DNA from: the human T2T-CHM13v2.0 reference genome, Homo sapiens
Reading direction: 5' to 3' (one strand)
Assembly: GCF_009914755.1 (NCBI RefSeq)
Contig: NC_060934.1
Length of the DNA stretch: 64,000 nt
Of the stretch, positions 1 to 15,352 are shown piece by piece (positions within the stretch are counted from its first letter, which is position 1; every line of letters begins with the position of its first letter). The notes under the pieces were generated by a model. The model did no database searches, had not been told where the DNA came from, and saw nothing but the letters and a program-made list of their open reading frames with translations. Made by a program: the position numbers and the translations under genes.

Positions 1-34
1 CCTCAGGTGATCTGCCCGCCTCAGCCTCCCAAAG
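1..34 (-). mobile_element. Alu fragment (window edge)
   Basis: cctcaggtgatctgcccgcctcagcctcccaaag = antisense Alu left arm. Confidence 0.85.
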
Positions 35-141
35 GATTAAAAATATTTTAATGAAAATATTCATTGCTGGTGAGGATGCAGCAAGTTAGAAGTGTTTATT
101 ATTAGAGTGCAGTTTCTTCAAGCTTTCAAAAATCCATCTAT

Positions 142-431
<290 letters not shown>

Positions 432-933
432 CTACAAACACGTTTCAGGTGCCTGTAAAATGTTCATACCATGTGATCATCTAATCAGTTTTAAGATGTA
501 ATAGAAAATACAGAAAAGCTTGATGCACAAAGCAGTACCCCAGAGCATGGTAGAGTGCATGGAGAGTGACCAGTTAAGGAAGGGAAATTGCTGAATTAGG
601 AAGATGAAGGAAGGTCTCTCTGAGGAGGTGAGACCTGAATGATGAAAGTGAACCCTCATTGTATTACTCATCTGTGCTGAGAAATCTGTGCTTAAATTTG
701 CACCTGATTTACAAGCCATGTGGACGCTTGCAGCCTGTCTCAGCCCATGGTGACCACCCTTCCATGCTGCTGTGCAAGTCTGAGGGCTCAATGTAATCAT
801 CTTGAATCTCTCCTGGAATGGCCGTTTGGCCCTAAATATTTAAGCTGGTTGTTTAGGCCAAGCTTCTGTGGGCTTTCCTGCCACTGTGCTGCTTCATGAC
901 TCAGACTCAAAATTCAATGAAAAACAAGGGAGA

Positions 934-1237
934 GGCTGGGCACGGTGGCTCACGCCTGTAATCCCAGCACTTTGGGAGGCTGAGGCAGGTGGATCACCTG
1001 AGGTCAGGAGTTCAAGACCAGCCTGGCCAATATGGTGAAACCCCGTCTCTACTAAAAGTACAAAAATTAGCTGGGCATGATGGCAGGTGCCTGTAATCCC
1101 AGCTACTCGGGAGGCTGAAGCAGGTAGAATTACTCGAACCCGGGAGGTGGAAGTTGCAGTGAGCCGAGATGACACCACTGTACTCCAGCCTGGGTGACAG
1201 AGCGAGACTCTGTCTCAAAAAAAAAAAAAAAGAAGAA
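934..1237 (+). mobile_element. AluSx-like, full length
   Basis: TSD gaaaaacaaggga(g/c)a at 919-933 and 1238-1252. Confidence 0.95.
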
Positions 1238-1759
1238 GAAAAACAAGGGACAACTTTGTCCAGGTGTGGGATTTCCTAACATCTAAATCTAATGATTTTC
1301 CTGAAGAAAATATATATAAAATGATTATTCATCTATTTTCAAAAGGGAACTCAGACAGTCTGAAGAGAGTAGGAATTACATTAGCTAAACACTTCAGCTT
1401 TAATACAGTTAGTAACTCTGCTCACCTTATGCTTTAAATGTATATGTGTTTGTTTGTTTGTTTGTTTTTTGTTTTATGAGATGGAGTCTCGCTCTGTCGC
1501 CCAGGCTGGAGTGCAGTGGCGCAATCTCGGCTCACTACAACCTCTGCCTCCCAGGTTCACGCCATTCTCCTGCCTCAGTCTCCTGAGTAGCTGGGGCTCC
1601 AGGCACCCACCACCACACCCGGCTAATTTTATGTATTTTTAGTAGAGATGGGGTTTCACTGTGACAGCTAGGATGGTCTCGATCTTCTGACCTCGTGATC
1701 TGCCTGCCTCAGCCTCTCAAAGTGCTGGGATTACAGGCATGTGCCACTGTGCCGGTACC
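1001..1759 (+). repeat. Donor copy of ~750-bp local duplication
   Basis: Unique spacer ~1245-1441 aligns without gaps to ~39109-39305 (16 substitutions in ~197 nt by hand count). Confidence 0.93.
1447..1759 (-). mobile_element. AluY-like with (TTTG)n tail
   Basis: ttcacgccattctcc and ggatggtctcgatc diagnostics. Confidence 0.9.
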
Positions 1760-3580
1760 TAAATATATTTTTAATGTACAGGGCAGAGCAGAGGACTTTC
1801 TGAAGAAATAGGAGCTTTCTTTCTCCATATGCTTGAAAACAACTAAGTATTTTGGGATCATAACTGCTATATAATACATAATTATTTTAGGCATTATAAT
1901 TTTGCTATAAGTATTTTATAAATTCTGAGTAATAGCGTTTTTTTCTTCCTTGGTTTGCCTGAAGTCCCTAATACTAACAAGTGTCTTGAATGGGAGCCCA
2001 TTGTTTTCCACGCCACTCATCTCTGCTCTGTGTAACCCGCCACAAAAACAGTCAGTGGATTTTGACACAGGCAAATAGAAATGACAAATGCATTAGTTTA
2101 GACCTTAACCTCGTGTACTTTCTGTATAAAACAGACGAAAGTTGTTTTCAACTTTGCAGTTGCCATTTAAATTGTAATATGCTGTGAGCATGATGTGTCT
2201 AACAGTAAAATAATTCTAGGTCTACTCACTTCTCCCAAGGTTACCTTCAAATACAAAAGCTGTGAAACTTCAAGTCATCGTTTTCATTTTCTTATACTGG
2301 ATAAGCTAAATGCCTTTCAGGTTCTCCACCTTTTAGACCATCTATTCTTCTCATTTTTATGCATTAGATTTCATTTTATTTAAAAATATGCATTTATTTT
2401 TCCTGGTGACACCTTTGAAATGAAATTTCAGCTTCATAAGGCCCCTACCATAGTGACTAAAAGCTCTGGCTTATCAAAATGTCCCACCTGCCACTGGCTA
2501 CATTGCAGATGTTCCCAGAAATTTTTCTTTCTCTTTACTATTGTAGTACATTATACATCATAACTATCCATCTTATGTTACTCACATTATTTCAAATTAT
2601 ATTTGAACTTTGTGGAGGGCCGGGAGCTTGTTTTAAACTTCTCTGTCATCCACTATAATGCCTTGCCTTCAGTATTCAATTAATTAAAGAATATATTAAA
2701 ATAACAATGAAAATGGTCTGTAATTTAAACATGGGAATGTCACATAGTGTTCCACTCGAGTCAGTGATTGATTTATACACTTACCCAGGAATGGTTGCTT
2801 ATCACCTGAGAAGCAGTGACTCCCCCACATGCAAGCATGGCTGCATGTCGTAGTTCAGAGGTCACACATGTACTCTGTCTGACAGACTTCAGCACTGGGC
2901 TGGGGACAGTGTAAAGGCAGAGTCATAGAAGCCAACTGGGCACAAGCCTTCATGTCCCTTTTGTAAAGTAGATCATAGGTACCTATGCTGTGCTGGTACC
3001 TTAACCCTACAGTAATTATCTGTGGTTCATTGTTTCTATTTTACACATCTTATATTACACTATACTCAACAGCAAATTATTATTAATATGCCATATGTTT
3101 TTACTTTGTGAAGTGGGGTTTGTTACCCCCATTTAATAGATTAGAAAATAGATGTTTATAGAGTAAGGAAATTCCAAAGGATTTTGTGGCTAGGCAAGTG
3201 GCAGAGCCGAGATGAACCTATGTGTCCTTGGTTCTAAATCCACTGGTTGTTTCTATAACTCTCTGCTGTCTTGTAACTACGTAAATGTCTGGAATTGTGA
3301 TTGAAAAGTTATATACCTGTGCTTGAGAGATTCAGTGGGGAAAGTATACCTCTAAGATGTATCTAGTTAAATATTCTGTAAAGTCTGGAACATAATTTTG
3401 TTACTTCTCATTAACAACATATTTTCCTACATCTTGAAAACTTAGGATGTCCATAATTCTAGTATGGAGACTAGAGCTTCTTTTATTACTACCCTGAGTA
3501 TAATCAGTTCAGACTTTAAGGAACAAGCAGCAATGTGGAGAGAAAAATAAAATGATACTCTCAGTTTAAGAGCAAGGTCA

Positions 3581-3889
<309 letters not shown>

Positions 3890-3979
3890 TTATTTTAATA
3901 TATGCAAAGTAAAATTTTAGGTAATTACTATGAAGCTATATATTATTCACAGTTTTAAGTGGTTTTGTCTTTATTATAG

Positions 3980-4168
<189 letters not shown>

Positions 4169-5279
4169 TGAATAGAGTCTTGTCATTCTGAATGATTTTT
4201 TAAATGGCTTTAAATTATCTGGAAGAAAATAGCTGTCACAAAGCCTGCATATTTGACTTTAAAGAAGAGCCTTTGGATTTAATACCTGGACCAGTGCATG
4301 TTTATGATAGGGTAAAATATTTAGTGATAAATTAAGCAAGTTTAAATATTGGACTTCTCCTTATTTTGTGGTGAAGCTCAACCATAGAATCACAGGTTAT
4401 AAATGACCTTAGAAATTTTCCAGCCCAAAATTAGAAATTGGTGAGCAGTGCAAAAGGACAGCTCTGGAATTGAGAAGAGATAGTTAACAGGTAGGAAATA
4501 AATTAATCTGTGATGTTCTGTTCTATTCATTTATTTAATATAGGCAAATCACTTCAAATACCTTAATAACCTCTAAGTTACAGTACATTAATAAATATTC
4601 ATGATAATAATCCTAAGTCATCAAAGTAAGATTAAATGTATTCATTTTTTGTGTTTGAGAAAGCAGAGAAATGTATAATACATTTTAAAAGATCACCATT
4701 CAAGCTGGTTAAAATGAAAATGTCTTACTCCTTAAATTAAAAAAGAAAAAAAAACTAGATTTTTCAGATATCTGAAAAAAAAATGTTTTTAAACGCAGAA
4801 CATTGTGTTCCCTGATGATAGGAGGTATTTATTCTGTATGAGAAATACTTTCAGAAAATGTGGATTCACATCTTTCTGTCATTTACTTTGGGTGACATGT
4901 AGAGCCTCTTTCTTACCATTAGGTCTGTGATGTTCCTTCTTTCTGACTCACTGATTGGCTTAATTTCTTCTCAAATTGGACAATACTAGATGGAAAATAA
5001 ACTGACCCCAAAGTGGTGGGGAAAATCATTTCATAGCAGTCAGTTGATTTTTAGATCAAATGATCCTTCTAGAATAAGTTCTCCGAAGGTGGCAAAATTG
5101 TTATAGAAATTCAGCTGCCTTTAAGATCATGTTTTATTTCTCATGTAATCAATAATAATTTATAGCTCTACAAGTAGAAAAGAGAGCAAAAACGCCAGAT
5201 TTTTAGGCTCATGGCTTGACATCAAACTGTGTTTTACAAACCTCTTTGGTCAGTCTCAAGTAGTTTACTTCCTCCATAC

Positions 5280-5776
<497 letters not shown>

Positions 5777-5958
5777 CTAAATCGTAATGTAATGGTGGAA
5801 ATTAATGATCTTGAGTTTTACTTTACCATGTATAATTCTATTCCAAATCTGCATATATTAGCTATGTAAAATTTTCTTTGTTCACTGCACATTGTCCTTT
5901 TTATGGTAAATAATTTTCGCAGTATTTTTTGAGGATCTCATACATGCTTGATATTTGA

Positions 5959-6090
<132 letters not shown>

Positions 6091-6897
6091 TGAGTTTCTC
6101 CTTAGCCTTTTAATGAATAATAGGATAGACATGAAAATTATGGCCCAAAATGTTTATAGATAATGATAATGTCATAGCTGTCTGTTTCCGCCCCCACTGG
6201 CCCTAATTATGCCCTCTGATGTCCTGTAATCCATCCTGTCCTTTGCTAGCCACTCACTATGGAGGCCAGACCCACTCCAGGGCATGCGCTTCTAGCATCT
6301 ATGCTGAAGAGGTTAAAAGAAAAGTCTTTCTCTTAGTTTAACAATCATAAGTTTATAGTTTTTCTAGAGGAATCATTTTTAAGTAACTAAGAAAAAACAA
6401 AAAGAAAAGACACAAAACTGAAAGAATCCTTCGGTGAGATTAGCTGGCAATGGTTACCTATTTGTTTCCTTCTTGTAGCAATGCCTGAGGACCTTTGGTA
6501 TAGACTGCCTTTTTCAGACTTTAGATGATTCTCTCTCTACTGCACTCTTTGTCCCTCCTCCCTTTCAAGAAGAGAAGGTGCCAGGCTGGAGGTACAGTCA
6601 GATAACTGAGCTAAGCCAGATGAATGGATTATGATGCAGTTAGAGGAAGAAATGTCTCTACATTGACAGAAACACATTCCCACAGCAGAGAAAACCTCAG
6701 ATTTGTTGTCCTAGACCCAGAGGATGCTCTCTTTCCTTCCTTCTGCAGAGAATGACAGGTCATTCTTTCACAATGATGTCATAAATATGGGAGGACAAAG
6801 AGGATATTCAGATCAAGAAAGAATGTATCAAATGAAAAATACATAAAAATAAAATTACACAGAACTTAAAGTTATCTAAAGTTATCTAAAGAAACAA

Positions 6898-7295
6898 TCT
6901 ATTAGTCTGCTCGGGCTGCCATAACAAAAATACCACAGGCTGCATGACTTAAACAACAGAAATTTATTTTTTTGACAGTTTTGGAGGCTTACAGATCAAA
7001 GTGCTCTAAGTGGGGTTAGCATCTGGGAGGCCTCTCTTCCTGGCTTGAAGATGGCTACCTTCTCAAGGTGTCCCCACATGGCCTTTGCTATGTGAGCATA
7101 GGGAGTGGGGAGAAATATCCCTGGTTCCTCTTCCTGCTCTTATAAGAACACAAGTCTTATTGGTGTAGGGTCTTACTCTTATACCTTATTTAACATTAAT
7201 TACCTCCATAAAGGCCCTGTCTCCAAATACAGTCACAGTGAAAGTTTACATCTTCAAAATCTGAATTTTAGAAGAACACAATTTGACCCATAACA
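6898..7295 (-). mobile_element. MLT1A/B-type MaLR solo LTR
   Basis: tattagtctgctcgggctgccataacaaaatacca...tctccaaatacagtcaca...cccataaca. Confidence 0.8.
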
Positions 7296-7362
7296 AATAC
7301 TATATTGGATCATTTCCACAAAAATCTTTGGATAACATTGATCTTTAAAAAGTCGTAAAATT

Positions 7363-7482
7363 GGCTAGGCATGGTGGCTCACGCCTGTAATCCTAGCACT
7401 TTGGGAGGCCGAGGTAGGAGGATCACTGGAGCTCAGGAGTTCAAGACCACCCTGGGTAACATAGCAAGACCTCATCTCTAAA
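7363..7482 (+). mobile_element. Alu monomer (FLAM-like)
   Basis: Left arm only. Confidence 0.8.
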
Positions 7483-7763
7483 CTTTTTTTTAAGTAATAA
7501 CATTATTTAGAGGTGCCAGAAACACAAAAAGCCACAGTGTTTTTAAATCACACTACTACTGAGATAAAAATCTATCATGGCCAATTCAACACAGGTGGAT
7601 CAATTATCATAGAAATAGGAATGCCTTTGTGGCTCAATATGCTTCCTTTATGCTGCTCCATCCCTCCAAACAGAGAAAAGAAACATACCAAATTCCTAAT
7701 GTAATAAATGAGAGGAATCAAACCTCTTTGGTCATTTCAACCCAAATAAAATCAGTGAGACAC

Positions 7764-7826
7764 AGATGATAAGGAGCTACCTTAAGATGATAAGGAGCTA
7801 CCTTAAGATGATAAGGGGCTACCTTA
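7764..7826 (+). repeat. 21-bp tandem repeat x3 (agatgataaggagctacctta)
   Basis: Three contiguous copies, one mismatch in the third. Confidence 0.95.
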
Positions 7827-7874
7827 GTAAATGCTTGTATCACTGTTGCTGAACATAGAGTAAGCTCATAATGA

Positions 7875-8162
<288 letters not shown>

Positions 8163-9626
8163 TAATTTCATCCTTAATTTTTCATGTGAGTTTGTTTTCG
8201 GCTCACTAAATATTCATTTGTTAATATCCTCTGCCCCAGATCATCTGAAGAAAATATAAAAATGAATATAAATAAGCTAGTTTTTCATTAAAGGTAAGTG
8301 TTTGCAGCAGTCATGCAGAAAATGTGGTGGTATCCTAGCTACTCACTACAAGAGTATACTGACCTCCAGAGTTCAGAATTACCTGGGCAAATCAGGAGTG
8401 GGCAGCTTTTGGATGATTCTTTGAGGTTCCAAAAGTTTGGTGGGCTCTCTTATTGATTAAAAATGGACGTGTCTTTGTTCCACCCAACCATAATACATCC
8501 TTGCATTTGCTGTAAGTAGAAAAAATATAGTTTGGGTTGTTTTTCTTTACTGGAGTTTAAAATTGTTCTCTGCATTTCTTTTTTCATAGTTTTATTGAAG
8601 TATAACTGAAATACAAGAAACAGCACATATTTAAACAGTAAAATTTGATGAGTTTTTGACATATATAAGCACCTGTAAAACTATCACCATGATTAATAGT
8701 GAACATACTCATCACTCACAAATGATGTTTCTCATGACCCTTTATAATCCTTCCCTCCAAACCTCTCTGTTCTATCACCATTTGTTGAAGAGATTGTTCT
8801 TTCCCCATTGAATTGCTTTGACACTCCTTGAAAAATCAATTGACTAATAAATAGGTCTATTTCTGGACTCTTTATTGGGTGTCATTGATATTTATCTATC
8901 TTTAGGCTAATGCACACTTCTTGACTACTGTAGCTTTCTATAAAGTCCTGAAATCAGGCAGTACAAGTTAACCTGACTTTGTTCTTATTCAGGCTTGTTT
9001 AGGTAATTATAATTTGTTTGCTTTTCCATATACGTTTTAGAATGAGCTTGTCAATTTCTACCAAAAATCCTGGTTGGGTTTTGATTGGAATGCACTGAAA
9101 CTATAGATCAATAATGGGAGAATTGGTATCTTCCCAACATTAAATCTTCCAATCAGCACAGTATAGCTCTCCATTTATTTAAGTCTCCCTTAATTTCTCT
9201 CAGCAACATTTTGTAGTTTTCACTGTACAAGTTTTGCACATCCTTTGCCAAATTATCTGCTAGTGTATCACATTTTTATGTGATTATAAATGGTAATTTT
9301 TAACTGAAATTCTGGTTTTTGCCAGTATATGAAGTCTAATTGATTTTTGTATATTGATTTTTTGCCCTGCAACCTTGCTAAGCTCATTTATCAGGGTAGC
9401 TTTTTTTTGTTAATTCCAAAGGATTTTCTTCACAGATTGATCATGTTGTCTGTGAAGAAAGAGTTTTGCCTGTTCTTTTCCAATATGTTTCCTTTTGAAT
9501 TCTTTTTTCTTGGTTGCACTGGCTAGAATCACAATGCAATCACCAGTGTTGAACACAGGACAGGTTGCAAGAGTGAACACTCTTGCCTTTTTCCTGATCT
9601 TGGGGAAAGAGTAGTTAGTCTTTTAG

Positions 9627-10073
<447 letters not shown>

Positions 10074-10560
10074 TGAGTTTTTATCAGGCATGCATATAGT
10101 ATTTTGTTAAATGCTTTTTCCACATCTACTGAATAGATTACCCTTTTTTTTGTTATTTTTTTAAATTGACAGCTAAAATTGTGTTTATTGTATACAAATG
10201 ACATTTGGAAATATACGTACATTGTAGAATAATGAAATCCAGCTAATTAACATATACATTACTGTATATAATTATTTGTGGTGAGAACACTTAAAAATCT
10301 ACTCTCTTAGCAATTTTCAAGTATATAATACTATGAACTTACGTATCCTATCTAGCTGACATTTTATCCTTTGACCAGCATCTCCCCAACCTACCTCTTC
10401 TCACTGCAACCACCACAACTACTAGTAACCACCATTCCACTCTCTAGCTCTATGAAATCAACTTTTTTAGATTCCACAAATTCCATCCAGTATTTGTCTT
10501 TTTTGACTGGCTAATTTCACTTATAGTGTCCTTCAGGTTCAACCATGTTGAATAGTATTC

Positions 10561-10586
10561 GTGTGTGTGTGTGTGTGTGTGTGTGT
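10561..10586. repeat. (GT)13 microsatellite
   Basis: Direct observation. Confidence 0.95.
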
Positions 10587-12779
10587 AGACACCACATTTT
10601 CTTTATCCAATCATCCATTGATGGACACCTGGGTTGATCATATCTTGGCTATTATGAACAATGCTGCATCTGTTAAATGGTGAGTGACTGATTTTTTAAT
10701 CATTCCTGGGAAAAACCTCAAATGGTCATGATGCATTGTACTTTTTATATATTGCTGAATTCAGTTTGCAAACATGTTTTAAGAATGCTTGCATCTTTGT
10801 TTATGAGGAATATTGCACTATAGTTTTCTTATGCTTCATTTTGTGACTTTGGAATCACAGTAATGCTGGCCTCATAGAATAAATTGAGTAATATTGCCTT
10901 TTCTTCAATTTTCAGGAATAGTAGAATGAGTATTATTTCTTCCTAAGTTGCCTTGTAGAATTCACCAATGAAGCCAACTGGGCCTGAAGGATGTTTTGTG
11001 AGGTTTTCAACTACAAATTCAATTTGTTTAGTAAATATAAAGCTATCTGAGTTATCTAATTTTTGAGTGAGCTTTAGTAGATTGTGTTTTTTAAGAAATT
11101 TATTTCATCTACATAGTCAAATTTATTGACACCGTTGATTACAACATTTTCTTACTATCCTTTTAGTATCTGTAGATCCTGAAGTTATGTCAGCTGTCTC
11201 ATAAGTGACGTTGGTAATTTGTGTCTTCTCTCATTTTATTCTTGATAGATTTCCTAGACATGTGTTAATTTTATTGATCTTCTCAAATGGTTTCATTGGT
11301 TTTTTTATTGGTTTTGTTTCTATTTCATTCTCTTTTTCTTTCTCGTTTATCTTTGTTGTTTTCTTTCTCTGCTTACTTTGTGTTTTATTTTGTTTCCTTT
11401 TTTCATTTCTAAGGTAAAACTTAGATCATTGATTTAAGAAGACATTTTTCTAATATCAGCACTTATATGGGTTATTTATAAGAGTTTATAAGGTTTCCAA
11501 ATATGGTGAGATTTTTCAAATATTATTTATGGACTTCTAATTTAACTTCATAGTGTTCAGAGAGCGTACTTTGTGTTATTTAATCCATTTAACTTTATTG
11601 AGATATGTTTTAAGACCCATAATATTATCTGTCTTATTTTATTTTCATTTGCACTTGAAAATATTGTTTATTCTGCTGGTTGTTGGATGAAATGTTCCAT
11701 AAATGTCAATTAGGTCCACTTGATTGAGAGTATTGGTCACATCTTCTGTATTCTTACTGTTTTTCTCTCTCCTGGTTCTATCAATTACTGAGAGAGGGAT
11801 TTTTAAATATTTGGCTATAGCTGTCAATTTGTCTCTCTTTTTTTTTCAGTTTTTGCTCATGTATTCTTAAGCTATATTATTAGGTAAATAAACATTTAAA
11901 ATTGTTATGTCTTCTTGATGGATAGACTCCTTTGTTATGTGATGACCCTTTTCATCCTTGGCAGTATTGTTTGTTCTGAAATCTACTTTGCCTAATATTA
12001 ATATAGAGACTTCAGCTTTCTTATGATTAGTGAGTGAATGGCATATCTTTTTCCATACTCTTAATTTCAACTTATTGTTTTTCTTTATATTCAAAGTAGG
12101 GTTTTTCTAAACAGCACATAGTTGCGTCTTGGTTTTTTTTAATCCAGTCTGACAATCTCTGCCTTTCAATTGAGATGATTAGATGATTTACATTTAATGT
12201 GATTAATGATATGGTTGGATTTGACTCTTATCATCTTGCCACTTGTTTTCTGTTGGTTATATTGGCTTATTTTCCCAGGCTTTACCTGAGTTCCCTCACT
12301 CGCTGCATTTCAGGCTGACACTTCTCCAGGCAGAAAGCTGGCACAATCAGAGGGCTCACCTCATTTGTCTTCCCTCTCTTAGGGATCAATGTCCTTACAC
12401 TGCTTGACGCACAATGTATGAAACCTGTTTTTCATTTTGTATGTCTTTTTAGTTGTTTGAGGTGCGAAGGTTAATCTAGTCGGTGTTACTTTATCTGACC
12501 CAGAAGCAAAAGTCATTAATTTTGACTTTAACAATTGCCATCCCTTTTCATATACACCAACAGCATCTATCCATCTAATTCCATGTTTTTTGCCCTTATA
12601 AAATATGCAGCCAGGCTCTAAATACTATGTTGTGTTGCTTGGCTATCAGCAGAACAGTGTCTGGTTGGCCAGGGAGAAGAGAAGAACTTAATAGTCAAGT
12701 ATGTTTCAATAAACTCAGAACCTCAGAGATAGCAAAGACATATGGATTTTATATTCACCCAGATGTGCAAACATGTAAT

Positions 12780-12960
12780 AATAATCATAGACAACTTTGT
12801 TATCTATTATGTGCTAGGCACCGTGCTAAGCACCTTCAATTACTCCTAATAACAACACAATAAGGAGGCACTACTTTTTTACAAATAAGACATTAAGGCT
12901 TGAAAGTGTTGAGCAGCTTTCCCAAGGTTTCCCAATGGAAAATGTTAGAGTTAGAGTTCT
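12780..12960 (-). mobile_element. MIR fragment
   Basis: tatgtgctaggcaccgtgctaagcac...ttttacaaataagac core-like motifs. Confidence 0.55.
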
Positions 12961-13684
12961 TCAATTCTATATTATGATGTCTTCAAGATTCTAAAATAAC
13001 CATGGCCCTTTGTATATATGACTTCACATATGACATACAGTTCAGCCATTTTTAGGGGAAAGTGCACCACAGTTACTTGCAGCTCACGTCTTTAGTTGGG
13101 TTTATCACAAGTTTGTTCATTAGGTGAGCTATAAAAACCAAAATGGATATATTTTCAGAAATTAAGGTCTATGCTAATTTTAGTTCCCGTTGATCTACAT
13201 AAATAAATTTAAGCGAAATTCCTGAAACTGCCACTCTAAAGATCATCTGTTACTGTATCTGTCCACTCTGCTGTAGTCAGTAAGTTTCACATTTTGAAAA
13301 GTGAACAGGGCAGTGTGCAGGGCAAGCCTAGCATGGAAACTGTGGCACACACCCGTCTCAGCCCCTCCCCTGGAGTTCGGATGGAGGGGAGGAAGCAGAG
13401 CAGAGGCCCTGCCAGGCACACTCCCATCATGATTCCTTCCTGCACCATCTTAGGCCAGCCTTTTGCAACCATAAAGAATGGGAAAGGTTTGCCAAAAACA
13501 TTCAGCCTCTACTTATCACCTAGAAGAAGGAGAGAGACAAGAAATGATCTTTCTGAATTGATACTGCATTTTGAAGATATTTTGCACATTACTATTAGGA
13601 TAATAAACTCTTCGATTGTGGGTTGGTTGGTTCCTTGTGCTTGGTGGGGTGAGAGCTGTGAAAGTGAACTGCATTTCAGGGGCC

Positions 13685-13870
13685 TTCCATGTGCCAGACA
13701 TATTATCGCATTTCATCAAAACTCTGTGAGGAAATCACCATTATTCCCATTTTATGGATTCTGGGTGCAGATCAGAGACTAAGTAAATGACCCAAAGGCA
13801 ACACAGTTTAAGTACTATACCTGGGATTCAAAGCCAAGTCTTTCTGGCTTCTCAGGCCATAATTTTTTCA
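13685..13870 (-). mobile_element. MIR fragment
   Basis: ttattcccattttatggat...cagagactaagtaaatgacccaaag...ctgggattcaaagcc. Confidence 0.6.
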
Positions 13871-14308
13871 CTGTTTTGGGTTGTGTGCATTTGTGTAGTC
13901 CTTAGAATGAAGCACGTTTCTGAAAGTTAGATTGAAAAAGGCCATTGCCTCCAACCATAGTTGATTTGCTTATAACCACCTCATGCAAATTAATGATTCA
14001 TATGATTTTTCAGGCCAATTGTAAAGCTTAGCCTGTGTTAAAGAAAATCTCAGATGCCATTTATCACACAAAAAAATAAGAAGCAAACTGCTCCCTCAAT
14101 CATAATCATCTCAAGTCTTCTAGCAATTCAAAGGAAACCCAACACCTCAGCCTTTTCTGTTTTCCAAGCTCAAGAGTTTTTTTCTGAATTTAAAATTTGT
14201 TGTACATTTTTACATAATTTTTTTTATTCCTAAGTTCCTCCATAAATAGTTAACCAAGCATATGATTATGAATATTGCAGGATTAACAATGCTTATTTTA
14301 ACATTTAA

Positions 14309-14485
<177 letters not shown>

Positions 14486-14697
14486 TGAGTCTAAGAATCT
14501 AACCGGTATGATGGCAATATTTGTATGCTTCTCAAAGTCAACAGTTTTTTTCTTAGTTTTTCTCCCTTTGATCTTGCTTTTCTGTTTGAACAGATATTTA
14601 TGTTATGTTCTTGTTACTGCTAGGGGCTAAAATAATCATGCATTTCTGATATATTAATATTTCCAACTCTTCTTTTTTAGCTAGTTTTTGGGGGGCA

Positions 14698-15008
<311 letters not shown>

Positions 15009-15274
15009 CTTTTTTAGCTAGTTTTAAATGTTACACTAAGACCAACTAAAAATGTACTAGTGAAGATGAGAGATATTCACAGTCTACATAAGACCAATTA
15101 AAATTCCAATGAGACTGACAAAACAATTACCTAAAGGAAGAATATCAACATTTTGCTGTTTTACATATTTGAATGCATAAACTAAGATAGCCTGAAGGAA
15201 AATGCCACATGCTGTCTGTAGATAATAAAGTACAATAGATACCAAAGCATCACTGTCTTCCTTGGTCTCCTTAG

Positions 15275-15352
15275 GGCGACACTGGAGAAGCCACACGTCA
15301 TGCCAGAGAGACAACCAACATGAAAACACAAACGGTTGCATCATATTTTAGA
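15275..15352 (+). CDS. MYO3A: MYO3A exon 25 (78 nt): GDTGEATRHARETTNMKTQTVASYFR
   Basis: ctccttag|GGC...AGA|gtaaga; TVAS.F motif; phase 0 to 0. Confidence 0.96.

Noticed and set aside
7764-7826. CRISPR-like array
   Set aside because: Contiguous repeats with no spacers; eukaryotic DNA
13294-13782. 162-aa ORF in intron 23
   Set aside because: Non-ATG start, runs into a MIR, no recognisable domain or exon structure
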